The translations under genes and the position numbers were made by a program. A DNA stretch of 64,000 bases from Vicugna vicugna (lineage: Eukaryota), in contig MU058423.1 of assembly GCA_013265495.1 (NCBI GenBank), positions 5,686,745-5,750,744 of the forward strand, given 5' to 3'. Below are positions 26,400-40,774 of this stretch, piece after piece (within the stretch, counting starts at the first letter, position 1; every line of letters starts with the position of its first letter). Under the pieces are notes generated by a model. It was not told where the DNA came from. It made no database searches and saw only the letters and a program-made list of their open reading frames with translations.

Positions 26400-27618
26400 T
26401 ATGTAGGGCAGCTACTAAAAAAGGAAGAAGAGAAGTACAACTGTATGCTAAGAATGGAGAGAAAATGGAATCATAAAAAAATGATCACTTAAAATCACAA
26501 AAGGCAGAAAAAGACTAGAAGACAAAGATAGGAACAAAAAACTTGAGCAACAAATAGAGAACAGTATAACTATGGTAGCTATTAACCAACTATATCAATA
26601 ATCACTTTGGTAATATCAATTGTCTAAATGAACCAACTGAAAGAGATTTTCAGAGTAGATAAGAAATAAATTTGTTGTCTACAAGAAACCCACTTTAGGA
26701 CACACATAAAGTAAAAGTAAATGGATAGAGAAAATATACCGTTCTAACACTAATCAAAAGAAAGAGGGCATACTATATTAATTTGAGAGAGAGCTGCCTT
26801 CAAAGCAAGTGAAGCTGTCAGAATTAAAAAGGGTCATAGAGATAAAGGGGTCACTTTTTCTAAAAGGCATAATGATCCTTAATGTGTCTGCACCTAACAA
26901 GACAACATCAAACAATGAGGTAAAACTAATAGAACTGCAGGGAGAAATAAACAAATTCATTCTCATAGCTGGAGATTTCAACACCCTTTTCTCCAAAATG
27001 GGCAGATTCAACATGCAGATAATCAGTAAGAATATAGATGAAGTCAACAATAACATCAATCAACTGAATATAATTAAAATCTATAGCCTATTTAACAGCA
27101 GAATGCACATTCTTCTCAAGCTCACATAGAGCACTCACCAAGGTAGACCAATTTCTGGGCCATAAATACTCAACAAATTTAAAAGAGTGAAAACCATACT
27201 GTGTCTGCTCTTAGACCACAGTAGAATAAACTAGAGATCAATAACAAAAAGATAAGTGGAAAATCCCAAAGCATGTGAAGATTAAACAGCACACTTCTAA
27301 ATAACACATGGATCAAAGAAGAAATTTCAAGTGAAATTAAAAACTATTTTGAACTAAATGAAAATGAAAATACAGTTTATCAAAATTTATGGGAATCAGT
27401 AACAGCAGAGGTTAGAGGGAAAGTACAGCATTGAATACACATATTAGAAAAAAAAGAAAGATCTAAAATAAGTAATCTAAGTTTCCACCTTTGGAAACTA
27501 GAAAAGGGAGAGCAAATTAAATCCAAAATAAGCAGAAGAGAAGAAATAATACAAATGAGAACAGAAATCAATGAAATTGCAAACAGGAAATCAGTAGAGA
27601 AAATCCATGAATCTAAAG
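26400..27618 (+). mobile_element. L1 fragment spanning the inter-ORF region and ORF2 endonuclease
   Basis: Translated remnants SAPNKT..., IAGDFNT, LQETHF-like DNA (tgtctacaagaaacccacttt), DH motif (gaccacag); multiple stops. Confidence 0.85.
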
Positions 27619-30549
27619 GTCGTGTGTCTTTGTTCCTCTATGCTTTTAAGATTTTTTTTTTGCCTTTAATTTTCAATAGCTTAGCTATAAGCTGTATAGG
27701 TATAATTTCGTTGTATTTACCTTCTTTTGTGTTTAGAATATCTTGAATACATGGTTGGTATCTTTCATCAGTTTAGGGACACTATTAAACTCCCTTTCTT
27801 CAAATGTTGCTTCTCCTCCATTTACTTTCTTTTTCTCATGGAATTCCAAGTACAATTATGGTGGAAATTTTCAGTGTATAAATGCCTATGATCCTTTTTT
27901 ATCTGTTTTTCATTATGATTTATTCACTCCTTTCTTTAGTCTGTATAACCCTTATCTATTTTACAATTCCTTTTTCTAAACCTCTGTACTCCTCAAATCT
28001 GTTGTGTCCATTCTGTTCTTAAACCTCTCTATTGGTTTTTTAACATTTCATTTAATAATTCTATTATTTCTAAAATTTCTATTTGATTATATTTCTAAAT
28101 GTTTATTTCTATAGGAGTATAGGTACATCCCCTAAATTGTCCTCATTTACATCAGTTATAATTATAGTTTTCTGTACCACATTTGTATAATGAAGACAAA
28201 AATAAAATTGACAGTATGCAAATATACACAAGCACACACCCATTTTTGTCTCTTCTTAAACAAGTATATATATAAATGTAAGCTACGCCCATAACATAAG
28301 AAACAAGAAGTTGTAACTTATTGGTATAGCTTACATTTCCTTTCCAGTTACATGTTTTTCAGAAATTAATCTATTGCAGTTTATAAGGTAAAGTGACCTT
28401 TTTGGTAGTCCTCCCAACACCAGTGATTTCAAAATGTAGTCAAATGAATTGAATACAATAAGTAATTTATACCACGGTTCTTCTATAAGTAATTCAAACA
28501 TAGAAACATAAAAGGTATAGATGAACCAGTACTAGAGTATTTAATAAGCATTCATTAATATTCTAAACCCATGATTAGATATAAAACAACAAATTAAAGA
28601 ATTAAAACAAGTTTTGATTAATTAAACTAAAACTACAATGAAATATTTTATATTGAGAAAATTGCAATTTTATGATGGCAGTTTTAGCAATAGGATTTGA
28701 GATAACCATTACTAATATTTTCTATTGCCATTTTAAAAATAGATGTTAAAGATGCATACCTCTAATCAAGTAGTTTGAAATTGTACTTATAAAATTCTGA
28801 AACTCAAAACTTCAATTAAATGTAATTGAAATATCAACTTGGCCTTACAAGGTATAATTGTAAAGGCCTTTGATAATCGGTCACACCAATCAAAAGACCT
28901 AAATGTAGTATAAAAGTATTTGAAGATTCAGAAGTAACATAATTGCATATTACTTCCCTGTTTCCTATTCCCAAAGCATCTCTGGCTGTGGCTTAGAATC
29001 TCTCTATTTAAGACAAAATTATAGCTACTTAAAATGTACTTTTTACCTTGGTACCTGAAAGATCAATCTGCCAAAAATTAGCTGGTGGTGCAGAATTATT
29101 CTTTCTTTCTACCCTCTAGCTTTAGCGCTAGAGTAACAAGAAAAATCACTTTGATAATTTTACTACTAAAAGTTATTTCTCTGTATGAGTTGTTCACAGG
29201 TTCTTTTTTTTCAGAAGTGATAATGGCTCAAATTACTGGCAAATACATGAAAATACAGTATCTAATGATATCAAATATCTTTGTGTTCTTATTCTGTATT
29301 CAGAGGCATTAATGACACCATTACTACTTTTTATCATTTCTAAATGTGTGGTTTTTCTCATATACAAAAATATTTGTATTATACCTGTTTAGTTATCTTT
29401 CATTTGTCCAGTTTGAGAAACTAATTTTAATGCATATTTAATCAAACTGCATCTTACAAAACATTTTAAACATTTTAAACAAGTGCTAGTCATGAAAATT
29501 TTACCCTGAATGTACGTGTTTGCTTGGAATGACATAAGTTTTGTATTAAAATAGATCTCTGATGTAATCTAACACACAAGAAAAATATGCTTATTAAAAT
29601 TTGTGTGATTTTTCAAATTTCTTAGACTATCAGAATTTTTCCCATTTCAATTTAATCAATCTGCATGTTTCTTGCTTCCACTTTAATGAAAATTAAATTA
29701 ATGTTTCCATTTTTATAAAGAATTGGCATGTAGAACAATCAGATACTGTATTTTTAATAGATTTGGAGTTTTACAAAGTGTGTGCTCAGTAAATCAATGT
29801 TATTACAAGTTCTGTGCATCTTACTTGAAATATTTGTATAGTTTTCTTTTTTGGCATGATGGCTATTCCCAGCTGTGACTTCAAATAGCTTCAAGAAGAA
29901 AGAACTTTTAGGTTCTTTTCTTTACAAACATACAACAACTAAAAGGAAACTACATGGGAAAGTGCCATGTAAGATAGTAGATAGATTAGATGGATAAATA
30001 CATAAAGCATAGATATATAGGTGATAAGATAAACAAATGTCACATATAATATTTATGAAATGTTACATGAATATATGAAGATACTTAACCTATATAATTA
30101 AATGTCATTCCAGTAATCTATTCTTATATTTAATAATTAAAATAATTAGTGTACATGGAAAAATACAAAGAATGCAAGTGACTTCCTATCCCATTCTAAT
30201 TTTACTCTCCCATAATCCCTTAAACTTAAACTTAGTCAAAAAGGCCTTGAATGATTCAAAAGAAATTATAAGTTTCTATGTACACATATTTATAGTTGTT
30301 AAACGTGTGAAGTAGTCATACAGATAACAATGGTGACAATGAAGAGTTCCACTGAAAAGGCAGTAAATTAAAAATTAAATTAAATTTTACGGTGTTTATT
30401 TGTGTTAGTGTACAACTGGAGTTTTATTTAAAAGTTAGAATCTCTAGTACCCCAGTTCCTTGCCACAAATAATATTGAAAAGCATAAATTCTGTTGTTGC
30501 TTGCTTGTGTTGAAATCCCCATTTGTCACTTAGTGATCAGGACAGAATC

Positions 30550-30962
30550 TGCAACTGTCCACAAAATTCTATTTTCCCTTCTCTGACAGAGCAAAATTAC
30601 ACTTCCCAGTCTCTGGTGTGGTTAAGTGTGGCCCTGAACCAATATCTCCACAATGAAATGTGAGTGGAAGTAATATGTTTCTCTTCCATGGCAGAGTCTT
30701 TAAGAAAGTGGCTGTGCTTTCTTTGTCCTCTTTATTTTCCCATAGTAGACTGAAATTACAATGACCAGAGTGACTTTAGATGCCAGATGTTGGAGATAAT
30801 TCTCCATCAGCCTGGATTCTAGAAAGATGATATGAAATAGAATTCCCTGTGACCTCAAAACTGTAACTTGAACAATTATACAACAACAAAAAAATAAACC
30901 TTGAGGAGTTTTGCCACCAAATTTTAAGGGTCTACAACCGCTTACCCTACCCTACCTAATAA
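30550..30962 (+). mobile_element. MaLR LTR (MLT1H/I/J-like)
   Basis: acttcccagtctc...gtggttaagtgtggcc...aatgaaatgtgagtggaagtaatatg...ctccatcagcctggatt...aaataaacc. Confidence 0.65.
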
Positions 30963-31228
30963 GCTAGTTTTGTGATGTCGGACAAATTATTTTACCTCCA
31001 AGTGCCTCAATGACCTCACCCCCAATTGTTGATGGTTTTGAATGAAAGTGAAACACTGATTTCTGTAGATTCTAACACTACAAATTCATCTGAACAATTT
31101 GCTTTCACCATTAGCAAATATAATTCAATGTGTCTTCACCAATTTTTGTAATATTAAAAAGTTAATTACTAGGTACCATTAATTTTAGGTTATCCTTTTG
31201 TCACTGTACTCAAGAATATCTTTTGCCT

Positions 31229-31460
31229 GAAAATTTGCTAGCAGGGTAGATTTTATCTTAAGTGTTCTTCCACAATAATAATAATAAATAAAGAGAGCAG
31301 GAAGAGGCTTTTGGAGGTGATGGATATGTTTATAGCATGGAACATGGTAATGGTATCACAGGTGAATATTTATCTTCAAACTCTTCAAGTTGCAAACATT
31401 AAATATATACAGCTTTTTATATCAATCATATCTTTGTAAAGTGGTCTAAGAAAAAAAAAA
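31229..31460 (+). mobile_element. L1MA9/10-like 3' end with poly(A)
   Basis: tgaaaatttgctagcagggtagatttt...ttttggaggtgatggatatgttta...ggtaatggtatcacagg; degenerate TSD atcttttgcc/atcttttacc. Confidence 0.75.
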
Positions 31461-33654
31461 TCTTTTACCATGCTGTAACAAGATAAGCTTCCATATAGAA
31501 GCAATATAATCATGTCACTATTTTTGAAAATCTTAGAGGCATCCTTTTACTTAAGCAATAAAACTCCAAATTCTTAGCTTTGCATTCATCGTCCTTTTAA
31601 AATCCAAATCAAAACTCCCTTTTCAGTTTTATTTTGCCACCAAACCTATAAATACATTACACTCCATCCAAAGTGTACTACTGTCTTTTTACCAACTATC
31701 CCATACAATTTTTGTATACTTGTTTTCAATCACATTGTTTTCTACTTAAATATTATTTCCCTTTACTGTATTTTAAAATCATATTCATTTTATACTTGTC
31801 CTGAAGACTTCCTATGATATTCCCAGATAGAAATTATCATTCTGTTTGAAGAATTTCATGTTATTTGTTCACTTGTTAGTTTTATTAATTCTGCCTTAGA
31901 TTATAGCTATTTGTGAAGATCCAAAGTAGTATCTTATAGAGTATAAATACAAATGCAGAAAGTGCTCAATAATACCTTGTATCTTGGTATTCACTACATC
32001 TCATGATTTTGCTGTGGACAAAGCAGGCACACAGAGAACATGTAACACTTGTAAGTAATATTGTTGTTATTTTTATTGACCAATCTGATGTTGGCTTGCA
32101 TTCATCTAAAACTCCTGTCGTTTCTTAATTATAGATTGGTAATATTAAAAAAAGGTTTTGACTTCCAATAAATCTGCCTCTCCTTTAGATAAAAGCAGTG
32201 AAAAATAAATTTAATTTATTTCATTCATATAGCTAAGTATGTGAATTGCATGAATATGTGCTGGATACTAAATGATAAAATGGAAATAAATATAATAATG
32301 CAAAGGCAGATATTCAAGATACATGGTACAGGTTTTAGTTAAGATTTAGTTGTTAATATTCTTCAATACATTTTGGGTAGCCTTGATAAATATAACACTT
32401 TCTTCTTAAGTCTATATTATTAATTTTGTTATTATCAATTCCTTCTTACTAATTTAAATTATTAAATAGCATATAGATCCATTGAAGTCACAACATGCAA
32501 TTTATAGTTCTCCTATTTTTCCCCCTATGAAGTATTAATTACACTTTAAAAAATATTTTAGGACGTATCATTGCAATATTTATTTACTGAGTTTTAATAT
32601 TGTCTAAACGTTACCTCTTTCTAGGCCTCAAAGTTCTTAAAACTTCTTAGCACAAAGTAGATGCTTGATGTTGTTATTGATCAATGTGATTTAAAATTTT
32701 GTGAAAGTCATTAACAGCTGTCAAACTTTTCAATGATATGCCTACCCCAATCATTTCAGGAAACTTCTAAAATATTCTCAGCAGTTTATTCACTCCAGCC
32801 ACTAGCTTCTGCATTTTTATCCCTTAGATTTAATAAGTCATATAGATAGCATTCTCTGATGAGCTCGAAAAGTTATTCGATGATAAATTAAAATTCTTGG
32901 AAAATCACTCATAGACATTGAAATTTTTGTCTTGATAATAGAAGTTTGTAGAATATAATTACCAAGAAAATCTTCTGTAACCTATGATAGTTGTTGGACA
33001 TTCAAAGATAATCACATTCACTTTTGTTAAATGAGAGATGGACATAAAATAGTAAAGTTAATCGTGACAAAAACTTCAATATGGTAAGATATTTTTAGCT
33101 GAAAATGGGCAGCTGGCATGACAACACTGGACATCCTGCGTGTAATTGGCTTTGAATGCCTGGCAGATTTCTATAATGGTATGGAAGCACTCAGACTGGC
33201 AGGTAGCTGCTGGGAATAGGCTGAGTGCTGGTTAGGCCACTTTCATATGAGACTCCTTTAGACGCACTTCACATCAAAGTTGAAGAGCCTCCCCACTAGT
33301 GTACCCTATTTCATCAAATTCAAGAAGAATCAAACAACTTAGCTTTCAATAATTATTTAATTAGTTCTTTTTTCCTTCTCTTCCACATTCATGGTGTAGG
33401 GTAGGTTCAGATTGGAAGGGAAAATGTATTATTGAGAAACTGGGGGAACAAACCCTTTTATGGGTAAATTCTAATTATTGACCAAATGTCAATAAAATGG
33501 GTAGCACAGTTTAAACCAAAGCCAGAAACAGTTCACTCATCAGAATATTAAAATTTAAATAAGGAATGTGTACTTATTTGTTAGTGGACATTTATAATGT
33601 AATCAGCCTGAAAATACATGAGAAAATAATACTTAAATTATATCATAAACTGTT

Positions 33655-33845
33655 GTGTAGAAGTGGGAAAACTGTATATTGCGTCAAAATGCCAAGATTT
33701 AAGCTTGAAGTCCACTATTTACAGTGTGACAAACTCAAATGTCTCTTCTTTAATCTGTAAAGTGGGAATGATGATACTTCCTAGTGTGTATGAAAATTAC
33801 ATCAGATTATGCATAATTATCATATAAATACTGCTTATTATTAAG
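33655..33845 (+). mobile_element. MIR SINE relic
   Basis: atctgtaaagtgggaatgatgatacttcct...tgaaaatta core. Confidence 0.6.
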
Positions 33846-34469
33846 CAAGCTATTCTAGTCATAATTATTCATTAAAAATTTTCACCAGTAATTGCATAGC
33901 TTCTTATGTGTTGCTACTATTTTGTTTCGGTTTTTGAGGGGAAATGACACTTACAGCAATAAAATGATCAATATTTTAAAGTTATCAATGGCTTTTTTTC
34001 CAGCCTGGAAACCTCAGTAATTTGTGACCTCTTCCTCCACAGTTAAAATGGTGTTGTGAACTGGTTAAACTTAACATTTGGTGGCTATAGTTCAAAAGAA
34101 AAAAAAAACTGAGCTTAAAAAGTTACTAGTATCAGTAAGATATAATTCCATCCTTACAGGGCTCACAGTCTAGATTTTTTAAAAATAATAACAATAACAA
34201 CTACAGTATAAAGCAGACAGTTTAGTGCTCTAAAAAGTGCAGAGTATTCTAGGCATTAAAAGGGATGAAGATGAATCATTGATGATATAAAAATTGATAA
34301 TTATTTCACAGAAAATGAGATATTTTAGAGGAGACCTAAATGGATAGAATATAGTCAGAAGTGAGAAAAAATGCAGCGAAAAAGCACACTCACAGGAAAA
34401 CAAGGATCTCTTAGGAAAAACAAAATATCAGTAAGGCATACAAAGATGAGTGACAAGATATTTAGCCAA

Positions 34470-35025
34470 TATGTTCTACTCAAAGTGTTCTTAACATCCA
34501 TTCACCCTTACTTTCTATTTGCTCTGATGCCACTGTAGCTTCAACCCTCATTTTCTCATACTTTGATTATTAGTGAAGCCTCCTAATTGGTTTCTGTTGA
34601 TCTTAGCCACTGTTCACTTGAATGTCTTCAAAAACAACTTTCAGATATATCTTCCAAAATAATAACGTTAATATGTTTGTACCCATTTAAAAATGGCATT
34701 TGCTCCTTATTTTCTCAAAGTTCTGCAAAGTTAAGTCAAGTTATCTTCTTAAAATTATTGGACACTCATCTGCTGTAAGAAATTGATATTCCTCACCATT
34801 CCCAGAATATTCCATTATGTCATGTTCTACCAGTCCACAATTCCCCCAGCCATATCATACATACATCTGGAATGCCTTTCCTCAAAATCTAGATCAGTTT
34901 TCATCACCAGAAGTAAATCATTCCTTATTACCTCATTTGTCATTCATTTATTCAACTACTCATTTAATCAGATTTAACAATATTTATTGAATGACTATTA
35001 CATGCAAGCATTTGTGATATACATA
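34470..35025. mobile_element. L2 fragments (plus-strand body, minus-strand 3' end)
   Basis: gcctcctaattggtttc..., tggaatgcctttcct, then ttcatttattcaac...atttattgaatgactatt. Confidence 0.55.
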
Positions 35026-35299
35026 AAGAATTTACATTTTTTCCAGCCATATTAGCGCTTCTATTCATCTTGGTGAGGAAAAATTAAACAATGAACATAT
35101 TTATGCCCTCTTCCTCTAAGTTTCACAGGAATCTGGTAAGAAATCAACATATAAACGTTCTATAATGCCTCCCAACTTTTACAAAGGAAAATACCACTAA
35201 AACTCACATCACCTTACCACTACTGTTCATCCTCAGGCTGCACTTAAAACTCTGCCACAATAATCTATACTACTGGAGACTGCAGATTCCGAGTAACCT

Positions 35300-35530
35300 C
35301 ATCATCCAAACTGACAGTCATCCTAATTATACAAGGCATGTGAACGAGGCCATTCTAGGGTAGGAATCCCCAGAATCCCCACCAGCAGAGACAGATCCTA
35401 ACAAGGACCAACAGAGGTGAACTGAGGTTGGGCAAGGCCAGCAGACTACCCACATGACCCAGAGATATGGAATGATTAAGAAATAGCTGTTGTTTTAAGC
35501 AATTAATTTTGAATTTGGTTTGTTGCTCAT
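35300..35530 (+). mobile_element. MaLR LTR 3' fragment (MLT1G/H-like)
   Basis: catgtgaacgaggccattctag...ccagcagactacccacatgacccag...tgttgttttaagcaattaattttg. Confidence 0.55.
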
Positions 35531-36435
35531 CAAAAAGGATATAAGGGAAGTATCACTTTATCCTAGGTTTATTATATTTCTTTCTGACCCAGCTTACAAT
35601 TATATTTTGTTTAATAACAATATATTATTTGAATCTATTAATAAACGTATCACTCAGTGGTTATTTTAAGGATGGTAAAAATTTAACTTGATTAAAATTT
35701 GATAGATAGCCAGCCAACCATTTTACTATATGAAGATTAATTCTGCAATTACTAGACATTTTATGGCCTGTAAATACCAATTGACCATATGATAGATATG
35801 CATAATATAAACAAATAAAATACTATGAAAACCCAATATGAGCCGAATAAAATATTATTCACATATGTCACTAACAAGGTTAAAAAACAATGTTAGATAC
35901 ATTTCTATGTCCTCAACCTGATAAAGGTCATCTGCAGAAATCTCACAGCTAACATCATTCTTAATGGTGGAAGACTGAGAAGAATAAATATTCCCCCCCC
36001 ACTTCCAAATAAGGAAAAAGAATATTCACTTACCACTTCCATTCAGCATTCATGCTGGAAATTCCAGACAAGGTAGTTAGTCAAGAAAAGACATCCATAT
36101 TGGAACAGAAGATATTAACTGTTTCTACTTGCAGATGACAATTTCATACATTGAAATTCCTAGAGAATCAAAGAAAGATAGATCTAATAAACATACTCAA
36201 GATTAATATATAAAAATCAACTATATTTATATATAGTAGCAATGACCAATCTAAAAAGGGAATTAAAAAGTAGTTTCACCTATAATAGCATCAAAAGTAA
36301 CATAATGATTAGAAATAAATTTAACAAAAGAAGCATGAAATGCTTACATTGAAAACTACAAAGTAACAGTGAATAAATTAAAGATGTAGATAAATGGAAA
36401 TGTACTTCATGATCATGAATGGAAAGATATAATAT

Positions 36436-36798
36436 TGTTTTAGTCCATTTGGGCTGTTAAAAACAAAATACCAGAAACTGGGTAGCTTACACAATAAAAT
36501 TTTATTTATCACAGTTCTAGAAGGCTAAGAAGTCCAAACTCAAGGTGCTGGTAGATTTTATTTTTGATGAGACCCTGCTTCCTTAGAAGGCTGGCAGTCA
36601 TTACACTGTAACCTCACATGGTGAAAGGGGCAAGAAAGCTTTCTTGGGACTCCTTTATAACGGCACTAATGATGTTCATGAAGGTGCCACCTGCATGATC
36701 TAATCAACTCCCCAGAGCCCCACCTCCTAATACTATAAACTTGAGAGCTGAATATTAACACATGAGTTTTGGAAGAACACAATATTCATACTATGCCA
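36436..36798 (-). mobile_element. MLT1A-type MaLR solo LTR nested in L1
   Basis: tgttttagtccatttgggctg...aaaataccagaaactgggtagctt...cacagttctag...aagtcc...caaggtgctgg; ~360 bp with TG...CA ends. Confidence 0.85.
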
Positions 36799-37212
36799 AT
36801 TGTTAAGAAGAAATTGCTATGTTAATTCTGTTAAGAAGGCAATATTCTCCTAACTGATACAGATATTCAATGTATTCTCTATCAAAAATCTCATCAGCTA
36901 TTTTTTTTTGCAAAAACTGACAACTCGATCCTAACATTCATATGGAAATACAAGCATCCCGTCATAACAATAACAATCTTGAAAAAGAATAAAGTTGGAG
37001 GATTTAAATTTTTCAGTATCAACAAGTTTGGGAGACTCAAACTTTTCAATTTCAAATTTTACTACTAAGCTACAATAATCAAAAAATTGTGGTGCTGGCA
37101 AAAGGATAAATCAATGAGCTATAACTGAGAATCCAGAACGAAATCTTCACATATATGGTCAACTGATTTTCAAGAAGGGTACCAAGATATTCCAATGGGG
37201 AAAGAATAGTCT

Positions 37213-37266
37213 CTTTTTTTTTTTAACATTTTTTATTGATTTATAATCATTTTACAATGTTGTGTC
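37213..37266 (-). mobile_element. Very short (~54 bp) young L1 3'-end insertion with TSD
   Basis: 37225-37268 is identical to 5468-5511. TSD AAGAATAGTCT at 37202-37212 and 37267-37277. Confidence 0.93.
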
Positions 37267-40200
37267 AAGAATAGTCTTTTTAACACTGGTACTGGGATGA
37301 CTGGACATTCTATCTCACACCTTATTATACAAAACAAATAAAACTAGATCTATATCTCATACTATATACAAAAAGTAACTCAAAATGGATCAAAGACCTA
37401 AATAGAAGAGCTGAAAACTATAAAGGTTTTAGAAGATATATGGTAAAAGCCTTTATGACCTTATATTAGGCTCTGGATTCTTACATATGATACCAAAATC
37501 ACAAGTAGCAAAAGAAATAAATTTAGCTTCATCAAAATTTAAAACTTTAGGTTTCAAAGATCAACAAAAAGACAGTGAAAAAAAACACAAATTGGAGAAA
37601 ATCTTTGCAAATAACATATCAGATAAGGAACTACTATCCAGAATATATGATGACTTACATCTCAATAAAACAATAATAAAAAGATGATAACTCAAATAAC
37701 AGTGGGCAAAGGATTTGAATAGACTTTTCTCCAAAGAAGTTAATCAAATGGCCAATAAGCTCCTGAAAAGCAGCTCAACATAATTTGCTATTAGGAAAAT
37801 GCAAATCAAAATAGCAATGAGACACCACCTCACATTCTCTAGGGTGACAGAAGATGGATAATATGAATGCTAGTAACAATGTGCAGAAACTGAAACTGTC
37901 ATATATTGCTGATGGGAATGTAAATGGTATAGTTGTTTTGGAAAATAGTGTGGGAGTTCCTCAAAGAGGCAAATAGAGAGGTATAACCATATAATCCAGA
38001 AACTCAACTCTTAGACATACATTCCACAGAATTTAAACAAAAAATGGCACATGAATGTTTATAGCAGCATTAGTTATAATTGCAAAAATTAGAAACAACC
38101 GAAACATCCATTACCATATGAATGGATTAATGAAAATGTGGTATATTCATATAATGGAACATTATCCAGCTACAAAAAAATAAAGTAGACAACATAAGGA
38201 GATTTTAAAACCATTATGCTAGGTAAAAGCAGCAGACACAAAATACCATTTATTATATGATTCCATTTATATGAAATTTTGAGACTAGGCAAATCCATCG
38301 ATATATAAAGTAAATTAGTGATTGTCAGGACCTGTGGGAAAGGAAGAATGGGAGTGACTGATAATGGGTGTGGGATTTCTTTTTGGGGCAATGAAACTCT
38401 TCTGGAATTAGAGATAATGATTTCACACATTTTCAATATACTAGGAACCTTTAATTTTACAGGGTGAATTTTATGATATGCAAATTATACCTCAATAAAA
38501 AATTACTATGGTTGTATGAAATGATGCTGAATATCTCAATTCTGTGGATAATCGAATCAAGTAAGTGTCAAATCCATGTAAAAAATATTTTAACTAGAAT
38601 GGACATTTGTTTGAATTAATTAGTCAATCAGTCAAAGGACATATTTTTGTGTAGACAGAGGCTAAGATTATCTTGGAACATTTTAAGCAAATTGTTGAAG
38701 GTTACTTGTAAATTATGCAATATACAGGAAATGTAAGAATTTTGATCAGAAATCTAGACCAGATTTTATCAGCAATTGCTTTGATGTCTTCATGTAAAAC
38801 ATGAGAAGTTTAGCCAATGCAATTTTAATATCTATTTCATTTGCTAATAACTATGATATGCAATGGTCTCTGGGGAAATAGTGGCAGATATTTTAAACTT
38901 CATCCTGTAGGTTGTTATGCAGCAATTTCAAATGCAAAAAATTAGTTATATATCTTCACAGAAAAAAATGCAGAGTTAGTTCTTGTCTGTTTGAAGATAA
39001 AGCTAAAAACTTATCTTGAATCTGTGTATAAATATATCTGTCATATATTTATGATAAGAGAAAATAGGAACCTACAGTGTACCTTAAAAATACAATTAAG
39101 GAAAATGAAAATAGTAAAAATAAAACTTTCCTCTTCTTTCAGTTTTTAAAAGAAATTAAATACTAGCTGTTCATTGTAATAATAACTTTTCTTAAATATT
39201 AAACAAAAAGAGATGATTAAACAGAGTATATGACAAGCTGAATACCATTGTACCCACCATTCAGATTTCTCAAATGTAAAATTTTTAAAATATTTGCCTA
39301 TACATTTGCTTAAGACTTTCTTAAAGTATTGCAATTATAGCTGAGGCACAATATACTCTAAGAACCATCATGACTTCTGTCCCTCTCTCTCCTAACTGGA
39401 GGTAATCATTATTTAAAAGTTGTACCTTCTCGGCTACTCTTTAAAATATTTGTAATACACATATTAATAATTCTAAAATATTAATATAATTTTATTTTTA
39501 ATAACATTAACTAAATGTATCATGTACAAAAATTTATTTTAATGGTATTTAAGTTGTTTCTTCAATCCACATATATAAGAGTTCATCACTTCAGACTTTC
39601 TCTATTCTAGATAAAGAACATACCTACAACTGAAATCATTGAGTCATGGCCACACAGAGGGGCTATGGTGTTCTGGTAAGCAAATTGTCTAATACACAAT
39701 TCTACATCACTGCTGTTTATGTGAAGAGCTCCAATCTATGATGTGACCAAAGGCAATAAATCTCTTTAGGCTGCTTAGCTGGCCTACTCAGAGTTTCTGG
39801 ATATTGCAAATTAGGTTTTCAGAAGGTTTGCAGGTAAATACAGCTCTACCATCTGTATGAGCTCCCATTTTCCATGCCCTCTGCTATTCCTAACATTAAT
39901 AGATTTAGAAAGTATTTTGCTAATTATAAAATGGTATGTGATTTCTTCAGTTTGTGTTTAATTCATAATAAGTAAACTAAATGTATTTTTCCTGTTTATC
40001 TGCATGCATATTTTCTCTGTTGAAAGTACCTAGTCCTATTCTTTACCCTATTTCAGTGAAGTTGTATGTTCTTCAAAAATGTATTTTGGGAACCTTTGAA
40101 TATGCTGGATCCGGGTCCTTTGCCTGATATATAAAGTGTAAATATTCATTAATGTAATTATTTAATAAAATAAATACAATAATGTTAAAATGGCAAGCTA

Positions 40201-40774
40201 ATTTTTAGTATTTATGTAGTTTTTCCAAACATCACAGAATTTATTGATAATTTGATGATTTTATTACATTGCATTAATTAGATTTTGGCTTGGATAAACT
40301 TTATATGTTTCCGACAAATATTTTATATGATTCTGTATTTCCGTATACTTGAATGCAAACACATCAACTAGTTCATGCTTAACAATTATTGTTTGTCCTT
40401 TATGAAGGACATCCAAATTCTTTATAGATCTGAGATTTTGAAAGAAGAAATAAACAATTCTGAAAGAAAGGCAGATGAGGTTGAGAACAAGTGACCTGCA
40501 TCATTGCCTCTGGGTAATGTAAACTGAAGCTCAATTATAAACAAAAGGTGTAATATTTTGTGATATGTTGTAAATGAGAGTTCAAAAGAAAATGGCTGAA
40601 TGAGAAGGTTATATATTGAGCAGAAAGTTGATGTAGTTCCTAGCTAGTAGATTTTGCTCAAGAGCACTGCAACCTTGCTTGAAAAACATTTCCTTCATGT
40701 TTTTTAAATGGACACTTTTAAATTTGGCTCCCATTCAGAGAGCATTTAAAATGGCTCAATGTTACTTAGAATGA

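Larger units (their letters stand above)
35905..38502 (+). mobile_element. Old L1 (L1MB-like) ORF2 3' half and 3' UTR, interrupted by two younger insertions
   Basis: cacagctaacatcattcttaatggtg, ttgcagatgaca (FADD region), aatgcaaatcaaaa, and an L1MB-type end ...tatacctcaataaaaa. Confidence 0.85.

Noticed and set aside
29040..29070. Possible 8-nt minus-strand microexon (TCTTTCAG|GTACCAAG|GTAAAA)
   Set aside because: Weak polypyrimidine tract, not a multiple of 3, no partner exons.
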